DNA of 64,000 nucleotides from an uncultured Acidobacteriaceae bacterium (GCA_963696285.1 CAVOJP010000004.1:305578-369577); one strand, 5' to 3'; positions 38,886-47,581 are shown, counted from the first letter of the stretch. The notes: generated by a model from the letters alone, not told the origin. Numbers and translations are program-made.

Positions 38886-39655
38886 GTAAACCGTCAGCCG
38901 GAAAAATTTCACGCCGCAAACTGATCACGACCGGGCTGGCGGCCACGGCGGGGGTGTCGGCTTTGGGAGTGGCTGCCGGGTTGGCGCACAAGTATGGACT
39001 AATCCCGCCCGATCACGCCGGAATCTGGGGCCTTGGCGAAACGCTGACTTATGCTTCGCAACGCCTGCTGACGCGGCATTCGCTGGCGCGTGAGTTTTCC
39101 CGAAGCCAGATTTCGCAGCGTCCGTTTCCCAATGAACTGGCGCCGCTGGGTGATTCGTTCAAGCGCCTGCAGAGCGGAGGATTCGCCGACTGGCGACTGG
39201 TTATCGACGGCATGGTCGCGCGGCCTGCCTCGTTTTCGCTCGACCAGCTTAAAAGCTATCCTTCGCGCAGCCAGATCACGATGATCCAGTGCGAGGAGGG
39301 CTGGTCCTATATCGCTGAGTGGATCGGTGTGCCTCTTTCTCAGGTTCTGGAAGCGGTGGAAGTGCTGCCACACGCTCGGTACGTTGTTTACCGCTCGATC
39401 GAGCCCCAGTGGTGGGACAGCATCGACATGGGCGATGCGATACATCCCCAGACTTTTCTCACTTATGGAATGAATGGTAATGAACTGCCGGTGGGTAACG
39501 GCGGTCCGCTTCGTCTGCGAGTCGCTCGCCAACTCGGCTACAAGAATGTGAAATTCATCACCCATATGACCGTCACCGATAGCCTGAAAAGTTTTGGTAA
39601 GGGACTGGGCTCTGCCTCTCCAGAGTCAGGCTACGCCTGGTACGCCGGCATCTGA
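38882..39655 (+). CDS. Tat-exported molybdopterin oxidoreductase (sulfite-oxidase fold, YedY/MsrP-like)
   Basis: RRKLITTGLAATAG Tat signal. QCEEGWS Mo-ligand Cys region. GGPLRLRVARQLGYKNVKFI. ATGA overlap with the cytochrome b gene. Confidence 0.85.
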   Translation: MSKPSAGKISRRKLITTGLAATAGVSALGVAAGLAHKYGLIPPDHAGIWGLGETLTYASQRLLTRHSLAREFSRSQISQRPFPNELAPLGDSFKRLQSGGFADWRLVIDGMVARPASFSLDQLKSYPSRSQITMIQCEEGWSYIAEWIGVPLSQVLEAVEVLPHARYVVYRSIEPQWWDSIDMGDAIHPQTFLTYGMNGNELPVGNGGPLRLRVARQLGYKNVKFITHMTVTDSLKSFGKGLGSASPESGYAWYAGI

Positions 39656-39671
39656 TCGGTTCCTTTTTCAG

Positions 39672-41102
39672 CTAGGCAGTCTTGAGCGCACGTCCCGGCC
39701 GAGAGTTGCCCCTCTCGAAAGTTACTGCAAGATGTTCCGCCAGAGCGGCAGCCTGGACGCGAATTTCCGGGACGGCAGTGGTTTCCCAGAAGCAGCCTTT
39801 GCGTACAGGGCCGATTGCATACAGCCGATGCGACGGCGTTCCCTTGTAATCAATCAGTGCTCCGTGTTCGTTGACATCTACGCCAAGAAAGAGACGGTCG
39901 GGACGTGCGAATCCCTGTACGACCAGGCTGGTAATGAACGATTCATCGATGCGTCGGCAATCGGTTTCTGAACCGGAGCAATTGATCACACGATCCACCG
40001 GCAACCTCTTCTGGGATCGAGTTTCCCGATCCCAGTAATGCACATGGGCCTTGTTATCAACCTCGCAATATCGGGTGGCCGTTCCCGTATGCAACCGTAC
40101 CGCGCCATCGCTCTTCATGTCGTCCAGCAAGTCAGCAATTTCCGGCGCGACCCGGTGACGATGCACATCCCAATAAGCGCGGAGATGGCGCACGAATCGC
40201 TTCTGTTCTTCAATCGGTAAAGAACGCCAGATTTCCTGCGTCGCCGGCCGAAGGCTATCAATCACCGCGCGCCAGTTGATGCCCTTGGCGGCAGCGGCCC
40301 GTACCTGATTGCGGACCAGTCGAAGTAAACCGCGCATGGTTCGAGGAGAGGTTTCATCCCAGAATAAGGGCCAAGGCTCGTCTGGGCGTTGTTGGCGACG
40401 CGGCCGCGGAAACAGTCCCTTGTGGGAAAGGACGTGAATCACTCCACGGAAGCCTTTGGATTTGAGTGCCATGATGAGGTCGACGCTGGTGAGCCCCGAA
40501 CCGAGCAGCAAAATGCTGCCGGTGGTTGGAAGGTCTTCCAGCACATTCTTGGCCCACGCAAACTGAAAATACAACGAGGCGGAAGCTTTAAGCCCGGGAA
40601 GTCTAGGATTGGCAGGCGGGAAATTTCCTGTTGCCAGCACTACGACGCTGGCCAGCAGTTCGGCGCCCAGGTTGGTTTGAACCCCAAGTCTGCCGTCCTG
40701 GCGGTGAAGTGAACGTGCTTCATCTCGAATCCACTGAAAACGCTCTCTGCCCAACTTATTCAGAGTCGCTTCCAGCACGCTCCCCACGTAAGCGCCGTAG
40801 ATGGATCGTGGTGGGAAACTCCGTGCCTGCAACGAGGTATCGAAGTGGATTCTCGCCCAGCTCAGAAAATCGTCAGGTGCATCGGACCACGCGCTCATCT
40901 CTCCCGCAGGCACATTGAGGAGATGAAATCGATGCGGGCTGCCGTAAGCGACGCCCCGCCCGGGCAAAGTCCCGCGGTCCACGACGGCGATAGACAAGTC
41001 TGTGTGACGCAGCAGATGCACAGCGAGCATCGTCCCGCTGAATCCGCCGCCGATGATCAAAATGTCCACTTGCGAGTCACTCACGGGCGAAGGCTCCATC
41101 AA
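39672..41102 (-). CDS. FAD/NAD(P)-binding protein (YdhS-like)
   Basis: ILIIGGGFSG dinucleotide motif and a second LLLGSGLTSVD motif. 476 aa. Confidence 0.8.
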   Translation of the reverse strand: MMEPSPVSDSQVDILIIGGGFSGTMLAVHLLRHTDLSIAVVDRGTLPGRGVAYGSPHRFHLLNVPAGEMSAWSDAPDDFLSWARIHFDTSLQARSFPPRSIYGAYVGSVLEATLNKLGRERFQWIRDEARSLHRQDGRLGVQTNLGAELLASVVVLATGNFPPANPRLPGLKASASLYFQFAWAKNVLEDLPTTGSILLLGSGLTSVDLIMALKSKGFRGVIHVLSHKGLFPRPRRQQRPDEPWPLFWDETSPRTMRGLLRLVRNQVRAAAAKGINWRAVIDSLRPATQEIWRSLPIEEQKRFVRHLRAYWDVHRHRVAPEIADLLDDMKSDGAVRLHTGTATRYCEVDNKAHVHYWDRETRSQKRLPVDRVINCSGSETDCRRIDESFITSLVVQGFARPDRLFLGVDVNEHGALIDYKGTPSHRLYAIGPVRKGCFWETTAVPEIRVQAAALAEHLAVTFERGNSRPGRALKTA

Positions 41103-41616
41103 TGCCTAGTACTATAATAGACATTGTTGTTTTGCGCTAGCCTTTCGCAACTGGGTATCCTTGTTGAGCGTGCTCGATGCCGGTCATGGAAAAGGACAGC
41201 AAGAGATTTCCGAAAACCGGCGGGTGGGGATAACTGTGCCTCCGTGCTCTTCTTGGGCTTCCACTGCAGCTTGACGATCCTGGAGCCATCCGGGAAAGGC
41301 TGGCCGTTGACCGGAACTCCGGCCTTATACGCCGTAATCATGGATGGATTGGCCACGATGACCTTGAGTATTTCGTTGGTTGCAGCGGAAGAGGCCACCG
41401 CCCAGTCCTCGTATCCCCTGAAGTCGGAGAATGCGATTCCGCTTGGTGATTTCAGCGAGTACTTGTCCTTGCCTTGGGCTTGCGCGAAAAGCGCCGCGAC
41501 GCTGAGGAAGGCGAAACTACGCCCGCTGCCGCAAAGATAGCGATACGGTCCACTGTGCTGTATTTTTCCAGCTTCTGTTGTTCTTCGGCCACAGATTTCG
41601 TCACAAGTTTCGGCAC
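41099..41616 (-). pseudogene. cytochrome P460 family remnant (frameshifted N-terminus, C-terminal heme-binding half missing)
   Basis: GTG 41616 after AAGGAG opens MPKLVTKSV...IAIFAAAG. A second frame continues with the signal-like FAFLSVAALFAQAQG and then ...ITAYKAGVPVNGQPFPDGSRIVKLQWKPKKSTEA, homologous to 58045 and 59051. No CxxCH motif before the ORF runs into the FAD gene. Confidence 0.5.
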
Positions 41617-41709
41617 GGTGTGTTCTCCTTCGTAAAAGAGATTGGTAAGCTCAACCAGTGTGATCTCGAACGATTGCGATTAGGTTAGGCCAGAGGCGAG
41701 GTAGCAAAA

Positions 41710-41736
41710 CAATTGGACCTTAGTATCGGCGACACC
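41710..41736 (-). promoter_or_regulatory. GTCCAATTG-box motif, site a (upstream of P460 remnant)
   Basis: caattggaccttagtatcggcgacacc on the + strand. About 94 nt from the GTG at 41616. Confidence 0.5.
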
Positions 41737-41823
41737 TTCATCTCCGGCGTGCGGCGGAAAGTTCCTCGACTTCGATCGATTTTCAAGACTGGACGCAGGC
41801 GGATTGATTGCGCTACCGCACTT

Positions 41824-41858
41824 GATACAAAAGTATCGGCGATACTATCGTCCAATTG
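41824..41858 (+). promoter_or_regulatory. GTCCAATTG-box motif, site b (upstream of SnoaL-DoxX)
   Basis: gatacaaaagtatcggcgatactatcgtccaattg. 69 nt from the ATG at 41927. Confidence 0.55.
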
Positions 41859-41926
41859 CGGGGCGTAATTTGTTCTGGCTGAATGCCGCTAGAGCATTCA
41901 GCTTCTGTCAAATTGGAGGGCTCAAG

Positions 41927-42361
41927 ATGAATGCTCAAGCAAAGACCGATCAGCAAAAGACAGAGCAGGATCCTGGAGCGCGAGATCTAGAGATCCGCAC
42001 GGCACTGGATCAGCATTGGGCAGCGTCCGATGCCAACGATTTTGAAACGGAGCACCTCATCTATCAAGAGGACGCGGTGCTCGATTATCCGCAGTCAGGC
42101 GAGCGAACCCGCGGTCGTAGCAACATACAGGGCCAACGCGCGAGTCAGCCGAACAAAAAGCGGTTTACTGTCCAACGAATCATCGGCAGCGGTGATCTCT
42201 GGGTCACTGAACTCATCTTGACATATGACGGCAAGCCGTCCTACACCGTGAGTATTATGGAGTTCGTCGGCGACAAGGTTGCGCGGGAAACCCAGTACTT
42301 CGCGGATCCATTTGTGGCTCCTACATTTCGCGCTCAATGGGTCGAACGAATGGAAACATAA
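41927..42361 (+). CDS. SnoaL-like / NTF2-fold protein
   Basis: ATG 41927 preceded by GGAGGG. WAASDANDFETEHLIYQEDAVLDYPQSGE is typical of SnoaL_2-like proteins. Confidence 0.7.
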   Translation: MNAQAKTDQQKTEQDPGARDLEIRTALDQHWAASDANDFETEHLIYQEDAVLDYPQSGERTRGRSNIQGQRASQPNKKRFTVQRIIGSGDLWVTELILTYDGKPSYTVSIMEFVGDKVARETQYFADPFVAPTFRAQWVERMET

Positions 42362-42409
42362 TCTCGAGGCGCCAGAATTCGCTAACAACTTCCGATGGAG
42401 GGATGAGAC

Positions 42410-42883
42410 ATGGATTGGAAGCGGTTGGTCCAGTTTGCGCTGCAGGGCAGCGGTGATTGGGAACAATTTGCCATCCTGCTGGTTCGGGTTTCGATCGGGC
42501 TGTTCTTCGCCATCTCCGGGGGAAACAAATTGTTTGTCGCCGGCGGCACGAAGCCTGTTTACGAAACGCTGGTGCAGGCGAAAGTCCCATTTCCCCGGCA
42601 GACGGCTTATTTCGTGGCCGGTGTCGAGTTTGTTGGCGGATCCTTGGTGACCGTGGGGCTTCTTTCGAGCCCGGCCTCGGTGGCTTTATTGATCGACATG
42701 GTTGTCGCCACCCTGACCAGCGCGGTTTCCACCTTGCCGAAAGGACTTTCGCCACTCAGCTGGCTCGACGATTTCCTCTACTTTCCGGAAGTCCTCTACG
42801 TGCTCTTTTTTGTATGGCTGATCTGCTCTGGTCCGGGAAGGTTCAGTATTGATTACTGGCTCGCCGGCAAGTTAGTGGGGTGA
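42410..42883 (+). CDS. DoxX family membrane protein
   Basis: LLVRVSIGLFFAISGGNKLF and four TM helices. Confidence 0.8.
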   Translation: MDWKRLVQFALQGSGDWEQFAILLVRVSIGLFFAISGGNKLFVAGGTKPVYETLVQAKVPFPRQTAYFVAGVEFVGGSLVTVGLLSSPASVALLIDMVVATLTSAVSTLPKGLSPLSWLDDFLYFPEVLYVLFFVWLICSGPGRFSIDYWLAGKLVG

Positions 42884-42946
42884 TCCACCGTAGCAAATCG
42901 ATTCGGCAGCTGCAGAAAACCGATTGAGACGCGCGGTGGAAGGCCC

Positions 42947-43447
42947 TTAAGGCAGCGGCTGCCAGAGCTCAATCTTATTGCCGTCCGAGTCATAGATCCA
43001 GGCAAAGCGACCGTAGGATTCATCCATTCGTTTGGCGTCTATCTTTACTCCCTCTTGTCTTAAGCGGTCGAGCAAAGCATCCATATCGTCCACGATGTAA
43101 TTGATCATGAACGGTTGGCTGGCGGGGAAATAATTCGAGGAGGAGGCAAAGACAGTCCAAACTGTAACGCGTTCTTTTTGCGGGTCGTCGTGTTCGCGCC
43201 AGGGAAGCATCGCTCCCTGGCCCTTGTCAGCGAGTCCAAGATGCTTCGAATACCATTCGCGCGCCTGATCACGGTTCGCGGATTTGAAGAAGACACCGCC
43301 GATTCCAAGGATGCGTCCTCGCTGCTCCACTTTGACGGGCGGCTTCGACTTTTCAGCTTGCGGAGATTTCACGTCCTGTCCTCCCTTTGAGGCCGAGATG
43401 AGCAACAGCGATCCGAGCGCAATTGTGCTCCACGGTATGCCTTGCAT
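42947..43447 (-). CDS. secreted VOC (glyoxalase/bleomycin-resistance fold) protein
   Basis: Signal peptide. ILGIGGVFFKSANRDQAREWYSKHLGL and a C-terminal FAWIYDSDGNKIELWQ. Confidence 0.75.
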   Translation of the reverse strand: MQGIPWSTIALGSLLLISASKGGQDVKSPQAEKSKPPVKVEQRGRILGIGGVFFKSANRDQAREWYSKHLGLADKGQGAMLPWREHDDPQKERVTVWTVFASSSNYFPASQPFMINYIVDDMDALLDRLRQEGVKIDAKRMDESYGRFAWIYDSDGNKIELWQPLP

Positions 43448-43581
43448 GCGCGGGATTATACATCGGGCAATTCGAATCTAGAAAATCGCCTCGCCACCCT
43501 ACGCTTTTTCGAGACGCGATGCTCCATCGAACGCGAGCGCAGATAGTTGAGATTAAATCCGCACCACGTCCGGGCCCAGCG

Positions 43582-44040
43582 CTAACCGTAGGTGACGGTC
43601 GTACTCTGTCCGACTTCGATGATGTAACCGTCAGGATCGCGGATGTAGCAGCGAATCTCGCCGTACTTGGGGATCGGCTCCGTGATGAACTCGGCTCCTC
43701 GACTTTTCCACAATTTGTAGCACGCTTGAATATCTGCAACGCGGAAATTCATGAAGCTGTTGATGTGATTCGGGTCGGGAACGCTGAGCGTTACCGTTGG
43801 CTTATCCGGGGTCGGGCCGCCGCCAACGTTCAGAATCATCCAGATATTCGCCAACTGGAGGTACGGGGGCGCGTTTCCATCCCCCATGGTCAAAATGCGA
43901 GCGCCGAAGACCTTTTCGTAGTAATGAGCCGATCGGTTGACGTCGGCGACGGTGAGAAAATGCGCAATGCTCATCCCTTCTTTCGGGGGCATCTCATAGC
44001 TCTTCTGGTCGATTTGTACGACGTTGGTTGCGGCATCCAT
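43582..44040 (-). CDS. VOC family protein
   Basis: ATG 44040 preceded by GGAG. The track's GTG at 44124 is less likely. C-terminal CYIRDPDGYIIEVGQ. Confidence 0.75.
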   Translation of the reverse strand: MDAATNVVQIDQKSYEMPPKEGMSIAHFLTVADVNRSAHYYEKVFGARILTMGDGNAPPYLQLANIWMILNVGGGPTPDKPTVTLSVPDPNHINSFMNFRVADIQACYKLWKSRGAEFITEPIPKYGEIRCYIRDPDGYIIEVGQSTTVTYG

Positions 44041-44104
44041 TGCTGACTCCAATGTCGATTCGGTGTCCCGCCGAATACGAGGCGCCGTGATCGCAGTGCT
44101 CACG

Positions 44105-44187
44105 ATTACTCTTATCAGCGGCACTTCGATTAAGCCAGAAGTGCAACGTCGAGTCTATTGGACGAACGTATCGGTAACACCAAAGTA
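44105..44187 (-). repeat. Copy A of a roughly 83-bp duplicated upstream region (contains motif site g, 44155-44181)
   Basis: attactcttatcagcggcacttcgattaagccagaagtgcaacgtcgagtctattggacgaacgtatcggtaacaccaaagta. Near-identical to 45377-45460. Confidence 0.8.
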
Positions 44188-44224
44188 GGATTGGAACACA
44201 TGTGGGGGATGGGCGGGTGGCGCA

Positions 44225-44262
44225 GTTTTTTGATCTCGCTGGCATCATCAACACGGTGGGTG
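44225..44262. repeat. 38-bp direct repeat, copy 1
   Basis: gttttttgatctcgctggcatcatcaacacggtgggtg. Second copy at 44357-44394 with 3 mismatches. Confidence 0.8.
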
Positions 44263-44356
44263 GGAGGAGAAAATTCGACAGAGCGCGAGTTGAAGATTAG
44301 TAGGGTGTCAGCGAAGACCCCCACTTCTCGCAAAGAACGCGAGAAATGGGGCGCCC

Positions 44357-44394
44357 GGTTTTTGATGTCGCTGGCATGATCAACACGGTGGGTG
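44357..44394. repeat. 38-bp direct repeat, copy 2
   Basis: ggtttttgatgtcgctggcatgatcaacacggtgggtg. Preceded by the hairpin ttctcgcaaagaacgcgagaa. Confidence 0.8.
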
Positions 44395-44524
44395 CCCCGC
44401 GCCCTTCGGCTTCACTACGGGCCTTGGGGACGGACCGACGTTCACTAATTTCCATTGTCGAAAAATGGAAAATGTCCCGTCTATCTTTCTCCCGTTTCCC
44501 CCGTCCCCGGTTTCCCTCCGATTC

Positions 44525-45338
44525 TTATGCCGCTGAAGCCACCTTCTTCTTCTCACTGAGTGCCGGCAGAAGAAGTTTCACAAGCGCTTCATCAGAGAAC
44601 GGGTTCTGACCCGAGATCAGCTCGCGATCTTGAAGAACGTAACTCGACCACGGAGCGAGCACACTTACGTCACCGCCCGCCGTACGCAGGGCGAAGTCCG
44701 GGTAGAAGAGAACCTTACCGCCAATCTCCAACGGTTCCCGCTGCTGCTCTTCCGCTGTCGAGAAGATCGTCATCTTATACCCAGCATAGATCCAACCCTT
44801 CGCTTTTTCGTGCGCTCCAGCGGCATCGCCCGCCGCTAGCGCCGCGACCACTTCCCACGAATTCGGAAGCGCCGAGAGCAATGAAATCGGGCCATGGCAG
44901 AGCACTGCCGTAGGCTTCGATGTTTCATGAAAGTGCCTCATCACGATGCCCGCATCGGGATCATCGAGCAGATCCATCCATCGGGCCATGGCCGCCGGGG
45001 ACAAAAACAGCGTCATATTGATCCAGGCCCGATGCGATGACATCCGCGATGCGCATTGGATCTCTGAGCCCCTTCAGGCCGTCGCGGAATAGCATATAGT
45101 CCTCAAGCTTGGCCGCGTCCCCGCCGAAGAAATCGGGGACCTCTGAATGCACATCCACTTGCGGCGTGTTGCCTTTGGGGTTGGCGAAGGTGATTTCGTA
45201 GCCCTCCTTCATCAGGGCGCGAACCGGAACCGTCAGTTCGTTGAGGTAATAGCCCGCGCCGGTGTAAACCTTGCCATCTTTCAAGGGCAAACCGCGACCG
45301 CTCGAGACTAGAACTAAGACTTTTCCTTTAGTTGTCAT
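44525..45338 (-). pseudogene. DJ-1/PfpI (type 1 glutamine amidotransferase-like) gene split by a frameshift
   Basis: ORFs 44961-45338 (...VFVPGGHGPM) and 44525-45043 (MDLLDDPDAG...AVLCHGP) are the two halves of one protein. The junction reads ATGGATGG (+ strand ccatccat, 44974-44981). Confidence 0.75.
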
Positions 45339-45376
45339 TTTGTTCTCCTTTTTGAAATGGAATTCTGTTTTCCTGA

Positions 45377-45460
45377 ATTGCTCTTATCAGTGACACGTCA
45401 ATTAAGCCAGAAGCGCAACGTCGAGTCTATTGGACGAACGTATCGACAACACCAAAAGTA
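45377..45460 (-). repeat. Copy B of the roughly 83-bp duplicated upstream region (contains motif site h, 45427-45453)
   Basis: attgctcttatcagtgacacgtcaattaagccagaagcgcaacgtcgagtctattggacgaacgtatcgacaacaccaaaagta. Confidence 0.8.
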
Positions 45461-45539
45461 CGGGACGGGGAGATATGGGCAGCTAGTGGTGTGGCTGGCC
45501 GATCTCTTCTGCTGCCCGGAAAAGCCAACAGCTTTCTGT

Positions 45540-45563
45540 TATAATGTAGGTACGTTGCTACAT
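45540..45563 (+). promoter_or_regulatory. TATAAT box overlapping the ATGTAG-N8-CTACAT palindrome upstream of the antitoxin gene
   Basis: tataat at 45540-45545. atgtaggtacgttgctacat at 45544-45563. About 20 nt before the ATG at 45584. Confidence 0.5.
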
Positions 45564-45583
45564 CGAGGTGCTGGAGACCAGGC

Positions 45584-45841
45584 ATGGCGATTACAAAACT
45601 GTCGAGTCGAGACTTTAATCAGGATACAAGCAGGGCAAAGAGAGCCGCCAAGCGAGGTCCCGTTTTCATCACGGATCGAGGCCGCCCATCCCACGTGTTG
45701 CTCACGGTTGAGGAGTATCAAAGAATCACGGGGGGGCAAAAGAGCATTATGGACTTGTTGGCGATGCCCGCTGCCGCCGAGATTGAATTCGAGCCGCCTC
45801 GCCTGCGGGGAAACCTGCACGAGTCGGTGGACCTGACTTAA
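45584..45841 (+). CDS. Phd/YefM-family antitoxin
   Basis: MAITKLSSRDFNQDTSRAKRAAKRGPVFITDRGRPSHVLLTVEEYQRI. TAATG overlap with the toxin gene. Confidence 0.8.
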   Translation: MAITKLSSRDFNQDTSRAKRAAKRGPVFITDRGRPSHVLLTVEEYQRITGGQKSIMDLLAMPAAAEIEFEPPRLRGNLHESVDLT

Positions 45842-46267
45842 TGTACATCCTTGATACCAATGTAATTTCAGAATTAAGAAAAGCGAAGAAGACGCATCCA
45901 AACGTAAAGAAATGGGCCGAACGCGTACCCTCGGCGAGTCTCTACATCTCTGTCATTTCGGTGCTCGAATTGGAGATCGGAATTCTTTCCTCGATCGACC
46001 GGATAAGACCGTCGCGACAACCAGCAAGGCGCGATCCTTCGTGCGTGGATGGATCTTCACGTGTTGCCTACATTCTCAGGCCGGATCCTTGCGATTGACA
46101 CAGATGTTGCCCGGCGATGCGCGACGCTTCACGTACCGAACCCTCGCTCCGATCGTGACGCCCTCATCGCAGCCACGGCCCTCGTGCACGGCCTGACCGT
46201 CGTGACCAGAAACGTAGCCGACTTTGAGCGTACGGGAGTCGGTGTGGTCAATCCTTGGGGGGCTTGA
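45841..46267 (+). pseudogene. vapC: PIN-domain (VapC/FitB-like) toxin, disrupted
   Basis: N-half MYILDTNVISELRK...LELEIGIL is in frame 1. C-half DRRDNQQGAILRAWMDLHVLPTFSGRILAIDTDVARRCA...VTRNVADFE is in frame +1. The frames switch at gaccggataaGACCG (45997-46011). Confidence 0.7.
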
Positions 46268-46306
46268 GCAGGTTTTTTGTTGACCCCTTGCACTCTGTTA
46301 TGCGAG

Positions 46307-47212
46307 TTACGCCCCCGGGAATCCAAACATCAACCATGACTGATTGGCCACCCAGTGCGGGTATAGCTCCGTCATCTGATCGAACAGCTCCTGGTCAGAC
46401 TTGGCGGTTTTCTGCAGCCGATCGAAGTCCTCGAGGTAACGCTTGGTGTCCTGGATCGTCGAGGGAGAGTCGGGCGCGCCAGGCTTCTTGTGACCGGCGA
46501 CAACCATCGTCGGGTTCAGCGCTGCTAACCGGTCCAGGTCCGCGATCCAATTCTTTCGGCTCTCGGGGGTGGTGTCGCCGACGTACATGCGGCATTGGTT
46601 GTATACAACGTCGCCGGCGACGATCAGGCCGATCGATGGAACGTAGAGAGACGTGGAATCGGGACTATCGGTGCGGCCCTGCTTGATGATGCGTAATTCC
46701 TGGCCTTCGAGAGTGAACGTGTCTTGCTCATAGGGCTCCGGTGGAACCAGCTTGGTGGGCACTTGCCCAGGAAACATCCCGCGGGCTAGCCGCTCCACTA
46801 CGGGAGTGAAAGACGGTTGCATGGCGTTCACAGCCTCAGGCGTTGCTATGGCCCGCGCACTCGGGAAATGGTCGAGCAGAATGCTCAGACCGTAGAAGTG
46901 GTCGAAATGGGCGTGCGTTATATAGATAGTCTCCAGGTTGCGGTTGTGCAGAGCGATCCAAGCCGCGAGAGCCTCGGCCTCAGCCACCGTCCCCATTGCG
47001 TCCACCAGCACCGCGTCATACTCGCCGAAGATTAAAGTCGACGTGATTGGGTCAAAGCCGAGTGCTTCGCCGAAGGGCTTGGGCCGCTCGCCGACCATAG
47101 CCTTTCCCGGCGCGGTAAAAATGTTCACACTCAGCGTGTTCGACTCAGGCTTGGTCGACCCGACAGGCGCGGTTGCGCGCGTTGTCTCCTTCGGTCCATT
47201 TTTGCTGGCCAT
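46307..47212 (-). CDS. MBL-fold metallo-hydrolase
   Basis: ITHAHFDHF motif. 301 aa. Confidence 0.85.
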   Translation of the reverse strand: MASKNGPKETTRATAPVGSTKPESNTLSVNIFTAPGKAMVGERPKPFGEALGFDPITSTLIFGEYDAVLVDAMGTVAEAEALAAWIALHNRNLETIYITHAHFDHFYGLSILLDHFPSARAIATPEAVNAMQPSFTPVVERLARGMFPGQVPTKLVPPEPYEQDTFTLEGQELRIIKQGRTDSPDSTSLYVPSIGLIVAGDVVYNQCRMYVGDTTPESRKNWIADLDRLAALNPTMVVAGHKKPGAPDSPSTIQDTKRYLEDFDRLQKTAKSDQELFDQMTELYPHWVANQSWLMFGFPGA

Positions 47213-47297
47213 TGATACCCTTTCGATTGCTTCCGAAAAGCAGATTCTGATTGAACCCGCAGCGTGACGTTATAAAAGCAGAAGAGTGGGCTTTGAA

Positions 47298-47317
47298 CAA
47301 TTGGACGATGGTATCGG
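47298..47317 (-). promoter_or_regulatory. GTCCAATTG-box motif, site c (upstream of the MBL hydrolase gene)
   Basis: caattggacgatggtatcgg. 86 nt from the ATG at 47212. The distal part of the motif is not conserved. Confidence 0.45.
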
Positions 47318-47346
47318 TTGTGTTTTTGTGCGGACGGTGCTCGAAA

Positions 47347-47442
47347 TTAACTGTGGTTGTTGAACCAGTCGAAGGCAACTAGAGTGTATTGGCCGACCTC
47401 GATGAGGCAGCCGTCGGGATCACGCGCATGTAGCAGCGCCAT
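47347..47442 (-). other. C-terminal fragment of a VOC-family gene
   Basis: My translation: MALLHARDPDGCLIEVGQYT... Compare CYIRDPDGYIIEVGQST at the end of 43582-44040. A stop codon lies just upstream, so only about 30 codons remain. Confidence 0.35.
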
Positions 47443-47581
47443 TCCAGCCGTGATTGTTTAATGGCTCGGTAAGAAGGAACGCTCCTTTGTCGCCCCATTG
47501 CAGCGTTGGCGAGTTTCTACGTATCGGACACAGGTTGGTATTCGATTGGGGGATTTGAGTGCAATCGGGATTTATCGCCAA

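Noticed and set aside
41099-41398. The 99-aa ORF as an independent gene.
   Set aside because: Only its first roughly 55 residues resemble cytochrome P460. The rest is out-of-family read-through into the FAD gene start. It is reinterpreted as part of a pseudogene.
44158-44609. ORFs 44158-44379 and 44346-44609 as protein-coding genes.
   Set aside because: They are translations of the direct repeats and hairpins in this intergenic stretch, and they have no RBS.
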